Source of the DNA: Gammaproteobacteria bacterium
Lineage (GTDB): Bacteria > Pseudomonadota > Gammaproteobacteria > GCA-002705445 > GCA-002716945
Assembly (NCBI GenBank): GCA_018667355.1
Contig: JABIVC010000013.1
Span: 74,305 to 138,304, forward strand
Direction: 5' to 3'
Length of the DNA stretch: 64,000 nucleotides
The position numbers and the translations under genes were made by a program. This document shows, in pieces, positions 34,446-46,957 of this stretch. The notes under the pieces were generated by a model, which ran no database searches, had not been told where the DNA came from, and saw only the letters and a program-made list of their open reading frames with translations. The stretch's first letter is position 1. The number at the start of each line of letters is the position of its first letter.

Positions 34446-35872
34446 TTCTTTAATTTTTCCTTAAGGATTTGATTTATCACCTTTGGATTAGCTTGTCCTT
34501 GAGTTGCTTTCATAACTTGTCCTACAAAAAAACCAAGAAGTTTATCTTTACCACTTTGATACTCTTCTACACTTTTATAGTGGTTTTTGATGATATTATC
34601 AACTATTTTATTCAATTCATCTATATTAGAAATTTGTTTCATACCCTCATTTTCAATGATATCCCTAGGTTTTTCGTTATTATTCCACATTCTTTCAAGT
34701 ACTTCTTTGGCCTGTTTGTTTGAAATAGTTTCATCTGAGATATTTGATAACAGATATCTTAAATCTTCAGCTAGCACAGGATAGTCTTTTACAGATAAAT
34801 ATGTTTTTTTGGCTAGCGCAAGAACCTCTGTGATTATCCAGTTTGCTACTAATTTTGGATTCAAGTCTGAAGTTTTTAATGTATTTTCGAAATATTCTGA
34901 TAACTCTCTATCAGAGACTAGTATAATTGTATCATATTCGCTTAAACCATATTGGCTTATGAACCTTATTTTTTTTGTACTTGGAAGTTCAGGCATATTA
35001 CTTTTTATATTTTTTATTAAATCTTGGCTAATACATACTGGAAGTAAATCTGGATCAGGGAAGTACCTATAATCATTCGCTTCTACTTTAGACCTCATTG
35101 ATCTTGTTTCATTTTTTGACGGATCATAAAGCCTAGTTTCCTGAATGACTTTATCACCTCGCTCAAGTATTCTAGCTTGGCGCTCAATTTCATGATTAAT
35201 GGCATTTTCTACATACTTAAAAGAGTTAATATTTTTTATTTCCGCTCTAGTTCCTAGTTTATCTACACCCTGCTTTTTTAGAGAAACATTTGCATCACAT
35301 CTGAATGAGCCTTCTTGCATATTACCATCACTAATTCCAAGATATCTAACAAGCGAATGAATATTTTTTAGATACTGAACCGCTTCTGCTGCATTTTCCA
35401 TTTCAGGTTCAGAAACAATTTCTATTAGAGGGGTCCCAGCTCTATTTAAGTCAATAGCACTTTCATTGGGATATAAATCATGAATTGATTTACCTGCGTC
35501 TTCTTCTAAATGAGCTCTGGTTATATTAACTACTTTAGTTTTATTATCTATTGTGATTTCCATACTTCCGCCTGATACAATTGGTATTTCAAATTGAGAA
35601 ATTTGATATCCCTTCGGCAAATCTGGGTAAAAATAATTTTTTCTAGCAAAAATAGAGTCATCCAAGATATCAGCACCTATTGCTATACCAAATTTAATGG
35701 CCATTATTACAGCCTCTTCATTTAAAACTGGCAACACACCTGGCATACCTAAATCAATAGCACAGGCTTGGGTATTCTGAGACGAGCCAAAATCTGTAGA
35801 AGCAGGAGAAAAAATCTTACTCTTTGTATTAAGTTGTACATGAATTTCTAAACCTATAACTGATTCCCACAT
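34442..35872 (-). CDS. gatB: Asp-tRNA(Asn)/Glu-tRNA(Gln) amidotransferase subunit B
   Basis: [14 protein letters not shown]-terminus; 476 aa. Confidence 0.9.
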   Translation of the reverse strand: MWESVIGLEIHVQLNTKSKIFSPASTDFGSSQNTQACAIDLGMPGVLPVLNEEAVIMAIKFGIAIGADILDDSIFARKNYFYPDLPKGYQISQFEIPIVSGGSMEITIDNKTKVVNITRAHLEEDAGKSIHDLYPNESAIDLNRAGTPLIEIVSEPEMENAAEAVQYLKNIHSLVRYLGISDGNMQEGSFRCDANVSLKKQGVDKLGTRAEIKNINSFKYVENAINHEIERQARILERGDKVIQETRLYDPSKNETRSMRSKVEANDYRYFPDPDLLPVCISQDLIKNIKSNMPELPSTKKIRFISQYGLSEYDTIILVSDRELSEYFENTLKTSDLNPKLVANWIITEVLALAKKTYLSVKDYPVLAEDLRYLLSNISDETISNKQAKEVLERMWNNNEKPRDIIENEGMKQISNIDELNKIVDNIIKNHYKSVEEYQSGKDKLLGFFVGQVMKATQGQANPKVINQILKEKLKK

Positions 35873-35873
35873 A

Positions 35874-37337
35874 TTAATCTCCAGATATTTTTGGCTTTTT
35901 TGTATGCCAATCAGTTATTTGTTGATAATGATGAGCTAGTGACAATATTTTTGTTTCATCAAAATGATTACCGATTATCTGTAATCCAAGTGGCAGGTTA
36001 TCCTTGAAGCCCATTGGTAATGACATTGCCGGTAAACCTGCGAGATTTGTGCTAACTGTAAATACATCTGAAAGATACATTGCAATAGGATCATTTGTCT
36101 TTTCACCAATTTTAAAAGCACAGTCAGGAGCAGTAGGTCCTAATATTAGATCTACTTCTTTAAAGGCTTGCGCAAACTCATTAGAGATAACTTTTCTTAT
36201 TTTTTGAGCTTTAAGATAGTATGCATCATAGTACCCTGCTGATAACGCATATGTACCTATCAATATTCTTCTTTTAACTTCTTGCCCAAAACCCTCTGAT
36301 CTTGATTTTTTATATAGCTCATCTATACTTTTAACATTCTCAGCTCTATGTCCAAATCTCACTCCATCAAATCTAGATAAGTTGGAAGAGCATTCAGCTG
36401 GAGCAACTACTTGATATGCAGATACACCAAGTCTAGAACTTTTAAGGCTGATTTTCTTAAATTTACATCCATTTTTTTCTAGTACTTTAATGTTTTCATC
36501 AAAAACTTCTCTAACCTTGTTATCTAAACCATCTAAAAACTCAATAGGTATCCCAATTGTCATATTAGTAAATTTTCTCTTACATTCTTGTTCATAGTCT
36601 GGGGTATCTTTTTTAGATGAAGTAGAGTCTTTGGGGTCATATCCAGAAATATGGGTTAAGAGTATTGCGCAATCTTCTGCAGTTCTAGTAAATACCCCAG
36701 CTTGATCCAAGCTCGAAGCAAATGCAATCATTCCATATCTTGATACTCTCCCATACGTTGGTTTGATTCCGCATACCCCTGTTAGAGAAGCTGGTTGTCT
36801 TATTGAACCTCCGGTATCAGTACCAGTTGAACAAGGGATAAGTCGTGCGGAAACACTGGCTGCAGAACCACCTGACGAACCTCCGGGAACATAATCCGTG
36901 TTCCATGGATTCTTTACATCACCAAAATAACTAGTCTCATTTGATGATCCCATTGCAAATTCATCCATATTTGTCTTCCCAATGATAATCATGCCTGCAT
37001 CATTGAGTTTTTCTACAACTGTTGCATCATATGGACTAATGAAATTCTCTAGCATTTTTGAACCACATGTAGTTCTAATACCTTTGGTACAAAATATATC
37101 TTTTTGAGCAAGCGGAATACCCGCTAGAGGTCTGAAGCTTCCTTTTGCTATTTCTGAGTCAATTTTTTTTGCCTGCATGATAGCATATTCTTCTGTAAGA
37201 GAAACAAAAGAGTTTAACTGCGGGTCTATACTCTTAATTCTATCGATAAAATGATTGGTAAGTTCAAGTGAACTTATCTTCTTATCTTTGAGATCTTTTT
37301 TTAACTCTGAAACAGTTTTATTATGCATATTAATCAA
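35874..37337 (-). CDS. gatA: Glu-tRNA(Gln) amidotransferase subunit A
   Basis: Amidase signature [11 protein letters not shown]. Confidence 0.9.
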   Translation of the reverse strand: MINMHNKTVSELKKDLKDKKISSLELTNHFIDRIKSIDPQLNSFVSLTEEYAIMQAKKIDSEIAKGSFRPLAGIPLAQKDIFCTKGIRTTCGSKMLENFISPYDATVVEKLNDAGMIIIGKTNMDEFAMGSSNETSYFGDVKNPWNTDYVPGGSSGGSAASVSARLIPCSTGTDTGGSIRQPASLTGVCGIKPTYGRVSRYGMIAFASSLDQAGVFTRTAEDCAILLTHISGYDPKDSTSSKKDTPDYEQECKRKFTNMTIGIPIEFLDGLDNKVREVFDENIKVLEKNGCKFKKISLKSSRLGVSAYQVVAPAECSSNLSRFDGVRFGHRAENVKSIDELYKKSRSEGFGQEVKRRILIGTYALSAGYYDAYYLKAQKIRKVISNEFAQAFKEVDLILGPTAPDCAFKIGEKTNDPIAMYLSDVFTVSTNLAGLPAMSLPMGFKDNLPLGLQIIGNHFDETKILSLAHHYQQITDWHTKKPKISGD

Positions 37338-37611
37338 TTATTTTTGGTACTTTATAGTATCCATTATCAGTATACTTATTATTTTTTTGAAATAGCTCCC
37401 TTTCATTAGATGCTGTGACCATATCTTTACGTAATTCTTGTTTAAGATTCAAAGGATGGGACATAGGTGTAACGCTATCAGTATCTACTGAATTCATTTC
37501 ATCAACCAAATTTAATATCTTTTCTAGGCTAATCAAAACATCATCTATCTGACTATCTTTTATATCAATCTTTGCAAGATCCGAAATTTTTATTATTGTT
37601 TCTTTATTCAT
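37330..37611 (-). CDS. gatC: Glu-tRNA(Gln) amidotransferase subunit C
   Basis: 93 aa, upstream of gatA. Confidence 0.8.
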   Translation of the reverse strand: MNKETIIKISDLAKIDIKDSQIDDVLISLEKILNLVDEMNSVDTDSVTPMSHPLNLKQELRKDMVTASNERELFQKNNKYTDNGYYKVPKIID

Positions 37612-37612
37612 A

Positions 37613-38476
37613 TTATGGGCTTCTTGAGATCGTGAATCTCTTTATATTATTATAATCTAATATAATATCTATGTCTTCATAATAGTGTTCTTTCAGTATC
37701 TCTACTACTTTATCAGATTGATCAAACCCATTCTCAATAAATAATAAACCGTCTTTTTTTAATACCTTTCTAGATTCTACAATGATTCTTCTTATATCAG
37801 ATAGTCCTTGATCTTTAGAAAATAATGCCATCATAGGCTCATAATCAATGACACTTTTATCTATTTCTGCAGATTCAGGCTCAATATATGGAGGATTAGA
37901 TACTATAATATTGGCAGTATTTTCATCAAATGCACTTAACCAGTCACCCATTACTATATGACAGTTATTACGAGACTCTAGATGATAATTTTTGTTTAAA
38001 ATCTTTGTTGCCGCCACTGACTTTTCTATAAGTATAATATTCCATTGATTTCTTTCAGAATTGATACTTAGACCTATGCATCCAGAACCAGAACCTGCAT
38101 CTATCACATTAAATTTTTCTCTTGAGTTAAATATATTATCACCACGACTTATTATTTCTGAAATTATTATTTCTGTTTCAGGCCTCGGTATAAGAACATC
38201 ATGGTTTACATAGTATTTATAGTTATAAAAAAGTTGATTTCCTAAAACATATGCCAAAGGTGTGCCCTGTTTAAGGGAATCAAGCATGAAGTTAAATTTT
38301 ATTAATTGATTATTTTTAATCTTTACATCATGATTTGCTATTATATAAGACTTATCTTTTCCTATAGCATCCATTAAACAATGCATGATGTCTGATTTGG
38401 TTATTATTATTTTACCTGATTTATCTTTAACATCATCTAGGGACTGAATCACTAGCTTTTCTAAAGTTAATGACAT
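37613..38476 (-). CDS. prmC: release factor glutamine methyltransferase
   Basis: NPPY motif; downstream of prfA. Confidence 0.8.
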   Translation of the reverse strand: MSLTLEKLVIQSLDDVKDKSGKIIITKSDIMHCLMDAIGKDKSYIIANHDVKIKNNQLIKFNFMLDSLKQGTPLAYVLGNQLFYNYKYYVNHDVLIPRPETEIIISEIISRGDNIFNSREKFNVIDAGSGSGCIGLSINSERNQWNIILIEKSVAATKILNKNYHLESRNNCHIVMGDWLSAFDENTANIIVSNPPYIEPESAEIDKSVIDYEPMMALFSKDQGLSDIRRIIVESRKVLKKDGLLFIENGFDQSDKVVEILKEHYYEDIDIILDYNNIKRFTISRSP

Positions 38477-38477
38477 T

Positions 38478-39530
38478 TTAGTTTAGAGATGCTTTTTTTA
38501 ATTCATCTACCAATGGCTCAATGTTCCCTTCCATAATATGGTCAAGCTTATATAAAGTAAGATTGATTCGATGATCTGTAATTCTGCCCTGAGGGAAATT
38601 ATACGTACGGACACGCTCCGACCTATCTCCGCTACCAATCAAGCTTTTTCTCTCTTCAGCAGTATCTTTTTTTCTTTGCTCTTGTTCATGCATCAGTAAC
38701 CTGGAGTATAACATTGACATTGCTTGGGCTTTATTCTTATGTTGAGATCGTCCATCTTGACATTCTGAGACTGTACCCGATGGTATATGTGTAATTCTAA
38801 CAGCAGAATCAGTTTTATTTATATGCTGTCCTCCAGCTCCAGAAGCTCTATATGTATCTATTCTTAAATCTGAAGGGTTAATTGCAATTTGATCAATCTC
38901 ATCAATAGCTGGTAATACAGCAACTGTGGATGCAGAAGTATGTATCCTTCCTTGAGTTTCTGTATCAGGCACTCTTTGAACTCGATGAGTTCCTGACTCA
39001 AATTTAAGCTGACCATAGACATTTATGCCTGTGACTTTTAATATCAACTCTTTATAGCCCCCATGATCACTTTCTGTGACATTCAGCAATTCTATATCCC
39101 ATGAGTTTTTCTCAGCATATTTTGAATACATTTTGAATAGATCTCCAGCAAATATTGCAGCTTCATCTCCACCAGTACCAGCTCTTATTTCAAGAAAAAC
39201 ATCTTTAGGGTCATTAGGGTCTTTGTCTACTAATTCATTTTCAAAGTAAATTTCAAGAATATTTTTTTCAGCAGTATTTTTCTCTATATCTTCTTCAGCC
39301 ATCATTCTAAGCTCTTTATCTTTAAGAAATAGTTTTGATTCTTCTATACTATCAACTAAGTTCTCATATGATCTAAACTTATTTACGATAGGGTCTATCT
39401 TAGAAAATTCTTTATTAAGTTTTTTTAGAAGGGCATGATCTTGATATATGCTCTGGTCTTCTAATTGTTCAGATATCGTTTTATGTTTAGAACAAATTTC
39501 ATTCAGCTTTGCTATTAATTTCTCATTCAT
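38478..39530 (-). CDS. prfA: peptide chain release factor 1
   Basis: GGQHINKT (GGQ) motif and the RF1 PAT-type tripeptide region. Confidence 0.9.
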   Translation of the reverse strand: MNEKLIAKLNEICSKHKTISEQLEDQSIYQDHALLKKLNKEFSKIDPIVNKFRSYENLVDSIEESKLFLKDKELRMMAEEDIEKNTAEKNILEIYFENELVDKDPNDPKDVFLEIRAGTGGDEAAIFAGDLFKMYSKYAEKNSWDIELLNVTESDHGGYKELILKVTGINVYGQLKFESGTHRVQRVPDTETQGRIHTSASTVAVLPAIDEIDQIAINPSDLRIDTYRASGAGGQHINKTDSAVRITHIPSGTVSECQDGRSQHKNKAQAMSMLYSRLLMHEQEQRKKDTAEERKSLIGSGDRSERVRTYNFPQGRITDHRINLTLYKLDHIMEGNIEPLVDELKKASLN

Positions 39531-40774
39531 TTTTTATTTTTAAATATGTTTTGTATTTTAAGAGCAGTAGATTCATCTAGCAATGGAAGAATCTCTCTTA
39601 GTTTGGATGTAGTCTGATGAGTTAGCTTGTTCTTTAATGATTCAGCTAGATAAGAAATAACATCATCTATATCATCTCCAGAATGAACCATTTTTTTTGC
39701 TTTAATAACAGCTCCATCGGCAATATCATCAACATAGCCTCGATATAATTTAACTAGATTATCAGAATGATTTTCATCTAACCAAGTCCTAAAATCTTTA
39801 ATTTTATAATCTATTATTTTTTCAGCTTCGGCCACAGCTTGTTCGCGTATCTTATAATTGTTATCGATTACTTTTCCTAGGTCATCAATACTATATAAGT
39901 AAATATTCTCTAAATCAGATATCTCGGGCTCTACATCTCTTGGAACACCAAGATCAATTATGACAAAGGGTTTAGCGTTCATATTATTTATACAGCTTTC
40001 CATCATTCCTTTGCCTATAATAGGTATAGTACTAGATGTACATGTGATAATTATATCATTAGATGGAAGAATATTTGGGAGATATTGTAGTTTAGAATAA
40101 TTACATCCATTTTCTTTTGCAATTTTTAATCCTTTATCTGAATTTCTATTTGTTAAGGTAATATCTCGTACATTATTAGATTGCAGGTATTTTATAGCTA
40201 ACTGAATCATATATCCAGAACCAACAACCAACGCTTTTTTTGAAGAAATATCATCAAAAATTTTTTTAATTAAAGTTATAGACGTAAACATGAACGATAC
40301 AGGATTAGATCCTATATCTGTTTTAGTCCTAACTTGCTTTGCAACAGAGAATGAAAATTCAAAAAGTTTTTTTAACGAAGATGTCACAGATTTGTTTTTA
40401 TCGGCTATCTTAAAAGCATCTTTTACTTGTCCTAATATTTCATTTTCACCTATGACCATAGAGTCTACGCCAGAGGCTACATTGAAAAGATGTTTTATGG
40501 CTTTTTCTTCATAATAGTTATACATAAATGGTTCACAGTCTTTGACTGTGTCTTGGCTTTCACTCAACCATCTTATTATTTTTGAGTTATCAGAGTCATT
40601 TTCTGTATATATTTCTGTCCTATTACATGTAGATATTAGAACTACTTCATTTACGCCCTCAATTCTTTTGATATCATCCAGAGCTTTAGGAATAGAATGT
40701 TTGTCAAATACTAGTTTTTCCCTAATATCTATAGGGGCTGATTTATGGTTAACACCTAATACATTTATCGTCAT
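39527..40774 (-). CDS. hemA: glutamyl-tRNA reductase
   Basis: [10 protein letters not shown] active-site motif; hemA-prfA-prmC order. Confidence 0.9.
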   Translation of the reverse strand: MTINVLGVNHKSAPIDIREKLVFDKHSIPKALDDIKRIEGVNEVVLISTCNRTEIYTENDSDNSKIIRWLSESQDTVKDCEPFMYNYYEEKAIKHLFNVASGVDSMVIGENEILGQVKDAFKIADKNKSVTSSLKKLFEFSFSVAKQVRTKTDIGSNPVSFMFTSITLIKKIFDDISSKKALVVGSGYMIQLAIKYLQSNNVRDITLTNRNSDKGLKIAKENGCNYSKLQYLPNILPSNDIIITCTSSTIPIIGKGMMESCINNMNAKPFVIIDLGVPRDVEPEISDLENIYLYSIDDLGKVIDNNYKIREQAVAEAEKIIDYKIKDFRTWLDENHSDNLVKLYRGYVDDIADGAVIKAKKMVHSGDDIDDVISYLAESLKNKLTHQTTSKLREILPLLDESTALKIQNIFKNKK

Positions 40775-40820
40775 AATTATTTCTCATCATACTCCTTACT
40801 TTCTCTGAAAATATGGATAT

Positions 40821-42542
40821 GTGATATATTATACTATTATGCGTAACTATTTGAATATTTTACTAATAATAATCACATTATTTGTAATGTCTTGCTCGAA
40901 AAATACAGTTGATTCATATCAGTCTGATAATGAAATTGACTTTAATGGAAGCATGGGCAATAAATATAAACATTTATATAATTCCCTCTATGTAAATATT
41001 GCTCTTAAAAGAGATTTAAAGAAGGAAGCTTTGAGAGTATTTGTTGATAATATAACATCTCTGAATGACATTAAATTATATGAGAAAATTTCAAAAATCT
41101 CTCTAGACCTTTATGATTATAAAAGATCTGAACTAATTGCTGAAAGATGGCTCATGATAAGTCCAGATTCATATTCCGCATATCAATTTGCCATTAAGTC
41201 ATCTCTAGATAGCTCAAATATTGAATTAGCTGAGAGATATTTTAGAGGATATTTGGAAACAATTAAACCTATTGATAAAAATGATTATGGAAAATTAATT
41301 TATTCATTATCAAATAATAAAAATAGATTAAACGTTATTAAGTTTTTTCAAAAATATTTAAATCAAAATCAAAATCGAATCCTTAGTTTAGGTTTTATAG
41401 AATTATTATACTCATATAATATGCCTACTGAAGTCATATCAAACATAGATAAGATCGGGTCTCTTGATGAAAGAAATTTAGTTAGATTATATGCTGACTC
41501 ATTATTTTTATTGCACCAAAATATTCGGGCAAAAGATATATTAGAAAAATATTTACAGAATAAAGCTTCGTCTGATAGACAAGTAGAATATGAACTTTTA
41601 GACATTTACTTATCTTTGGATGATATGGTTTCTGCAAACAAGTTAATAGAGAGTATTTTTGATAAAGACCCGGGTAATATTGAAAATATTTATAGAATTT
41701 CGAGAATTCTTTATGAAAACAAAAATTATAGCCTATCCGAAAAATACTTAGGAGCTATTGTTATTGAAAGCGATGAAGTTAATCTCCTAAGAGGCTTAAA
41801 TGACTATGAGCTAGGAAACTATGCTGAATCTATTAATCATTACAATAGAGTGAATAGTTATAATATAAAAATTTTAGCTTTGACAAATACATCATCAGTT
41901 TTAGTTAAAACTGATGGTATTGAAAATGCTATTTCATATCTAGATAGTCAAATAAATAATTATTCTGAAACTGCCATTAAAGAGAACTTCATTTTGAAAC
42001 AAATATCTATACTAAATGATTATGAATTATATAATCAGATAATAGAGCTATCTACAAAATATTTAATAAATGACCCATTTAACCCTAAGTTATTATATGC
42101 AAGAGCAATGGCTTATGAAGAATTAGAAGAAATTAAATTAATGGAAAGGGATTTAATGAAAATCCTGAAGATAGACAAGAAGAATGCAAATACTTTAAAT
42201 GCTCTTGGTTATAGTTTGACTATACATACACAAAGATATGATGAGGCATATTCATTGATATATGAGGCTCATCTCTATGATCCAGGTAGTGCTGCTATCT
42301 TGGATAGCTTAGCTTGGGTAGAGTATAAAAGGGGCAACTATGTGAATGCTTTGAAATTTGCTGAATCCTCTTATGCTAGAGACAAAGACAAGGAAATAGT
42401 TCTGCATTATTGCCAGATATTAGTGAAAAATAAGTCATATAATAAGCTTAGAACAGTTATTAAAATTGAATCAGAAAGAAATATTGACGAAGAAGTATTT
42501 ATAGAAAAACTTAAAGCGATGAGCAATGCAATACCTTTATAG
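40821..42542 (+). CDS. tetratricopeptide-repeat lipoprotein (573 aa)
   Basis: Lipobox VMSC after a signal peptide, with multiple TPR-like helical repeats. It sits where lolB lies in E. coli. Confidence 0.55.
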   Translation: MIYYTIMRNYLNILLIIITLFVMSCSKNTVDSYQSDNEIDFNGSMGNKYKHLYNSLYVNIALKRDLKKEALRVFVDNITSLNDIKLYEKISKISLDLYDYKRSELIAERWLMISPDSYSAYQFAIKSSLDSSNIELAERYFRGYLETIKPIDKNDYGKLIYSLSNNKNRLNVIKFFQKYLNQNQNRILSLGFIELLYSYNMPTEVISNIDKIGSLDERNLVRLYADSLFLLHQNIRAKDILEKYLQNKASSDRQVEYELLDIYLSLDDMVSANKLIESIFDKDPGNIENIYRISRILYENKNYSLSEKYLGAIVIESDEVNLLRGLNDYELGNYAESINHYNRVNSYNIKILALTNTSSVLVKTDGIENAISYLDSQINNYSETAIKENFILKQISILNDYELYNQIIELSTKYLINDPFNPKLLYARAMAYEELEEIKLMERDLMKILKIDKKNANTLNALGYSLTIHTQRYDEAYSLIYEAHLYDPGSAAILDSLAWVEYKRGNYVNALKFAESSYARDKDKEIVLHYCQILVKNKSYNKLRTVIKIESERNIDEEVFIEKLKAMSNAIPL

Positions 42543-43329
42543 TTCTCCCGCTAAAGTTAATCTCTTTCTAAATATATTAGGAAAAAGAGAAGATGGTTAC
42601 CATGATATACAGAGTATTTTTCAGCTTATAGATTTAAAAGATGAGATTATATTTAAAAAAAGAAATGGTGGTCGTATAAACCTTAGTTGTAATCACAAGA
42701 CTTTAGAAGAGGATAATATAATTATCAAAGCAATAGATTTATATAGCCAGTTATCAGGAATAGATAATATTGGCTTAGATATTCTTTTAAAGAAGAATAT
42801 TCCTATTGGTAGAGGTTTAGGTGGTGGAAGCTCTAATGCAGCCACAACGCTATTAGCCTTAAATGAAATCTATGATCATAAAGTCAAATTAACTTCATTA
42901 TATAAAGCTTCATTATCTATAGGTAGTGATGTACCATTTTTTTTGCATGCAAAAAATTCATGGGTAGAAGGAAAGGGCGATATTATCACAAATATTTTTC
43001 TAAAACCTAGGTGGTTTATCATGATCTTTGGGAAGCATAATGTTTCAACAATAGATATATATAGTTTGCTAGAAATTATTGAGAACCCATTATCTTATTC
43101 ATATGATGATTATATGAATAATAATTTCAAAAATGACTTTGAGGATATAGTTTTCCAGAAATATCCCTCTATCAAAAAATCCTATGATATTCTATCCAAT
43201 TTTGGTAACGCGAGAATGTCTGGTACAGGAGGTACAATTTTCATCTCTTTTGATACGTTAAAGAGTGCTAAAGCTATCTTATCCCTCATCCCAAAGAATC
43301 AAAAAGCAGTTTTAATACCATCTTTATAG
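42526..43329 (+). CDS. ispE: 4-diphosphocytidyl-2-C-methyl-D-erythritol kinase
   Basis: SPAKVNLFLNI and GHMP-kinase PIGRGLGGGSSNAA motifs. Confidence 0.85.
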   Translation: MQYLYSSPAKVNLFLNILGKREDGYHDIQSIFQLIDLKDEIIFKKRNGGRINLSCNHKTLEEDNIIIKAIDLYSQLSGIDNIGLDILLKKNIPIGRGLGGGSSNAATTLLALNEIYDHKVKLTSLYKASLSIGSDVPFFLHAKNSWVEGKGDIITNIFLKPRWFIMIFGKHNVSTIDIYSLLEIIENPLSYSYDDYMNNNFKNDFEDIVFQKYPSIKKSYDILSNFGNARMSGTGGTIFISFDTLKSAKAILSLIPKNQKAVLIPSL

Positions 43330-43461
43330 GTACCGATTAGATAAAACAGATTTATTTTACTTACACTTATTATATTTCTCATGTTAATCTTAGCTTATGA
43401 TTGATGGCTATGGGGCTAGTAAATTCAAGATACTCTTGATATATTTGTAATGAATTTATTT

Positions 43462-43533
43462 TGGGGTGTCGCCAAGCGGTAAGGCAGCGGGTTTTGATCC
43501 CGTCATTCGGAGGTTCGAATCCTTCCACCCCAG
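43462..43533 (+). tRNA. tRNA-Gln (anticodon TTG)
   Basis: Cloverleaf folded by hand. The 5' end TGGGGTGTCGCCAAGCGGTAAGGC is near-identical to E. coli tRNA-Gln; anticodon loop TTTTGAT; CCA not encoded. Confidence 0.85.
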
Positions 43534-43551
43534 AATAATTTGGAAAGGCAT

Positions 43552-44505
43552 ATGAAAAACGACAAACCTTTAATGATTTTTTCAGGAAATTCGAATATGC
43601 AGCTAGCTAAGAAAGTTGCATCTCATTTAAAACTATCAGTCGGTAAAGCATCTGTTTCAACATTTAGTGATGGAGAAATATCTGTGGAGATTCAAGAAAA
43701 TGTCAGAGGACAAGATATTTTTATAATTCAGCCAACATGTATGCCTACTAATGACCATATAATGGAATTAATGGTTATGACTGATGCTTTAAGGAGATCT
43801 TCTGTAGAGAGAATCACTGCAGTTATGCCATATTTTGGTTATTCGAGGCAAGATAGAAGAGTTAGATCTGCTAGAGTGCCGATTACAGCTAAAGTTATGG
43901 CTAATATGATTGAAGGAATAGGCATCGATAGACTGCTCACTATTGATCTCCATGCTGATCAAATTCAAGGTTTCTTTGATATACCTGTTGATAATATTTA
44001 TGCAACACCTTTGCTTGTTGCAGATATATACAAGCAGAAATTGCCAAATATATTAGTAGTGTCTCCTGATATTGGCGGTGTTGTGAGAGCTAGAGCATTA
44101 GCTAAACAACTTAATTGTGATTTAGCAATCATCGACAAAAGGAGGACACAGGCCAATGTATCCGAGGTAATGCAAATTATTGGTGATGTAGAAGGAATGA
44201 GTTGTATTATGGTTGACGATATTGTTGATACAGCAGGAACCCTTTGTGGGGCAGCAAAAGCTTTAAAAGCTCAAGGGGCTAAAAAAGTCTATGCATACAT
44301 TACACATCCGGTCTTATCAGGTAAGGCATATGAGAATATTAAGAAATCAATGCTTGATGAGATAGTTGTAACTGATACAATCCCTTTACATGAAAAAGCT
44401 AAGAAAATTAGCAATATCAGGCAAATATCAGTTTCTGAGATGTTGGCTGAAACAATAAGAAGGATTCATCAAGGAGAATCTGTTAGTACACTCTTCATGG
44501 ATTAG
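43552..44505 (+). CDS. prs: ribose-phosphate pyrophosphokinase
   Basis: Collinear with E. coli Prs ([32 protein letters not shown]). Start moved to the ATG at 43552, which has a GGAAAGG RBS. Confidence 0.9.
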   Translation: MKNDKPLMIFSGNSNMQLAKKVASHLKLSVGKASVSTFSDGEISVEIQENVRGQDIFIIQPTCMPTNDHIMELMVMTDALRRSSVERITAVMPYFGYSRQDRRVRSARVPITAKVMANMIEGIGIDRLLTIDLHADQIQGFFDIPVDNIYATPLLVADIYKQKLPNILVVSPDIGGVVRARALAKQLNCDLAIIDKRRTQANVSEVMQIIGDVEGMSCIMVDDIVDTAGTLCGAAKALKAQGAKKVYAYITHPVLSGKAYENIKKSMLDEIVVTDTIPLHEKAKKISNIRQISVSEMLAETIRRIHQGESVSTLFMD

Positions 44506-44546
44506 TGTATAATCCTATTTTTGAAGATTAAGAGAGAATATTAGAA

Positions 44547-45263
44547 ATGACATCACAATACATATTAAGCGCAATTAAAAGGGAAAATTTTGGTAAAAGG
44601 GCTACAAAGCGTTATCGTAGAGAGAACCTAGTGCCAGCTGAAATATATGGCATATCCAAAGATAATCAGTCTGTATTAGTTAATGGGTTCGAGCTTGATA
44701 ATCAGACCAAAGACCCCCAATTTTATAGTAATGTTATAGATTTAAGTGTAGATGATAAGAAAGTCGAGGTGATTCTCAAGGATGTTCAAAGAGATCCGGC
44801 AAAATCAAATATTACTCACATTGATTTCTTAATGATAGATCAGAATGTTAAAATTGAGGTCAATGTACCAATAAAATTTATTAATGAAGATATTTGTAAT
44901 GGCGTTAAAGTTTCTGGTGGTAAACTATCACATATAATCTCAGAAACTCTAATCATTTGTTTACCTAAAGATATCCCTGAGCACCTTGAAGCAGATGTTG
45001 CAAGTTTAGAGTTGAATCATAGTCTACATTTGTCAGAAATTACTTTACCAAGTGGAGTAGAATTAGTATCTGGTACTGATAAAGAAAGCGACACTGCAAT
45101 AATAAAATGCTACATGCCAGCTGAAGAAGTTATAGAAGATGATGCTCCAGAGGAACTTGATGCTCCAGAAGCAACAAATGTGAAAGCGGATGATGTTTCT
45201 TCTGAAGAAAATAAAGACGAAAATAAAGACGACAAAAAAGTTGATTCGAAAGAAGACAAATAA
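44547..45263 (+). CDS. rplY: 50S ribosomal protein L25 / general stress protein Ctc (long form)
   Basis: Two-domain L25/Ctc with a C-terminal acidic low-complexity tail. Confidence 0.75.
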   Translation: MTSQYILSAIKRENFGKRATKRYRRENLVPAEIYGISKDNQSVLVNGFELDNQTKDPQFYSNVIDLSVDDKKVEVILKDVQRDPAKSNITHIDFLMIDQNVKIEVNVPIKFINEDICNGVKVSGGKLSHIISETLIICLPKDIPEHLEADVASLELNHSLHLSEITLPSGVELVSGTDKESDTAIIKCYMPAEEVIEDDAPEELDAPEATNVKADDVSSEENKDENKDDKKVDSKEDK

Positions 45264-45299
45264 TTTAAATTATTTCCAGCACTTAGAGATATGAGTCTA

Positions 45300-45878
45300 A
45301 TGTCACTCCAGTTAATTGTTGGCCTTGGAAACCCTGATAAGAAGCTTTTACCTACGCGACATAATGTTGGATTTTGGTTTGTAGACTCATTGTCAGAAAA
45401 GCTAGGCAAAGATTTTGATTATCAGAAAAAAATTGATTCAGATATTTTCCAGTATGAGTACCAAGAAAAATTATTTCATATAATGAAACCATTAAGTTAT
45501 ATAAATAATAGTGGTGTGCCACTGAAAAAATTTATTAAGAATAAAAATATTAGGCCTGAAAATATACTTATTGTTTACGATGACTTGGATTTAGTGGCTG
45601 GTAAAATAAGATTGAAACTAGGTGGTGGAAGTGGTGGCCATAATGGGTTGAACAGTATTATAGAGCAGTTAGGATCTAAAAACTTTTGGAGGCTGAGGAT
45701 TGGAATTGGTAAGCCTGAAGATAAAAATAGAGTTATAGAATATGTCCTAGGGAAACCTTCTAAAGAAGATAAAGAGTCAATCTTTGAAAGTATTAATCTT
45801 ATTATTAATGAGATGGATGGTTTTTTCACAGGAAGTAGTTCAACTCTAATGAATAAGTTAAATGGAGATAATAAATAA
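45300..45878 (+). CDS. pth: peptidyl-tRNA hydrolase
   Basis: LQLIVGLGNP aligns to E. coli Pth IKLIVGLANPG. Start set at 45300. Confidence 0.85.
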   Translation: MSLQLIVGLGNPDKKLLPTRHNVGFWFVDSLSEKLGKDFDYQKKIDSDIFQYEYQEKLFHIMKPLSYINNSGVPLKKFIKNKNIRPENILIVYDDLDLVAGKIRLKLGGGSGGHNGLNSIIEQLGSKNFWRLRIGIGKPEDKNRVIEYVLGKPSKEDKESIFESINLIINEMDGFFTGSSSTLMNKLNGDNK

Positions 45879-45879
45879 C

Positions 45880-46956
45880 ATGGGTTTTAAATGTGGTTTA
45901 GTAGGGATGCCCAATGTTGGTAAATCTTCAATTTTCAATTTATTAACAGAGCAAAAAATACCTGCTAATAATTATCCATTCTGCACTATTGACCCTAATG
46001 TTGCATATGTACAAGTACCAGATAAGAGGCTAATTACACTCGGAGCAACCAATGAGTCTGAAAATATCGTAAATGCATCTATTGAATTCGTAGATATTGC
46101 TGGATTAATTAAAGGTGCTTCAAAAGGTGAAGGCCTTGGTAATGAGTTTTTGAGTCATATTAATAGTACAGATGTGATCGCTCATGTTGTGAGATTTTTT
46201 AAAGATAAAGAAGTCATACATGTTAAAGATAATTACACTCCAATAGAAGACTTTGAGGATATAAATTTGGAGCTCATCCTTGCTGATATTAATACTATAG
46301 AAAAATACATTGAGAGATTTAAAAAAAGTAAAACTAACCCTAAAGAAAAAGAGATATTGGTTACCGAGATGATGGCTCTACTAAATCATTTATCAGAAGA
46401 TAATTTTGCCTCTTCTTTTACGTTTTCAGAAGATTTAGCAGCTCTTAATGATTTGAAATTATTAACAAATAAGCCCATGTTTGTGATTGGAAATATTAAT
46501 GATCAATCTGATAAGAGAGAAATAGAAGAATTCAGAAAACTAATTGGTGCAGATGTTCATTTTGTCACTATAGATGTGGGTCTTGAGCAAGATATCACTG
46601 AGCTTGATGAGAATGATCAAGAAGAGTTTCTAAAAGACCTTGGTTTAACAGAAAGCGCATTATCTAGAATCATAAGCACTGGATATAAATTACTAGGACT
46701 AAAAACCTTTTTTACTTCCGGACCAAAAGAAACTAGGGCTTGGGCAGCAAAAAAAGGTTTTAATGCTAGGGATTGTTCGGGTATTATACATACAGACATT
46801 AAAAAAGGCTTTATAAGAGCTGAGACAGTTGCCTATAATGATTATATCAAACATAATGGCGATCAAGGTTCAAAAACTGCTGGTGTATGGAGACAGGAAG
46901 GTAAAGATTATATAGTCGAGGAAGGCGATGTAATATATTTCCGGTTTAATGTTTAA
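45880..46956 (+). CDS. ychF: ribosome-binding ATPase YchF
   Basis: MGFKCGLVGMPNVGKSS P-loop. Start set at 45880, 1 nt after the pth stop. Confidence 0.9.
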   Translation: MGFKCGLVGMPNVGKSSIFNLLTEQKIPANNYPFCTIDPNVAYVQVPDKRLITLGATNESENIVNASIEFVDIAGLIKGASKGEGLGNEFLSHINSTDVIAHVVRFFKDKEVIHVKDNYTPIEDFEDINLELILADINTIEKYIERFKKSKTNPKEKEILVTEMMALLNHLSEDNFASSFTFSEDLAALNDLKLLTNKPMFVIGNINDQSDKREIEEFRKLIGADVHFVTIDVGLEQDITELDENDQEEFLKDLGLTESALSRIISTGYKLLGLKTFFTSGPKETRAWAAKKGFNARDCSGIIHTDIKKGFIRAETVAYNDYIKHNGDQGSKTAGVWRQEGKDYIVEEGDVIYFRFNV

Positions 46957-46957
46957 T

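Noticed and set aside
45110-45263. Low-complexity acidic/lysine-rich tail of rplY and the antisense 99-aa ORF (45110-45409).
   Set aside because: The tail is compositional low complexity at the end of a long-form L25/Ctc. The antisense ORF is a serine-rich shadow frame.
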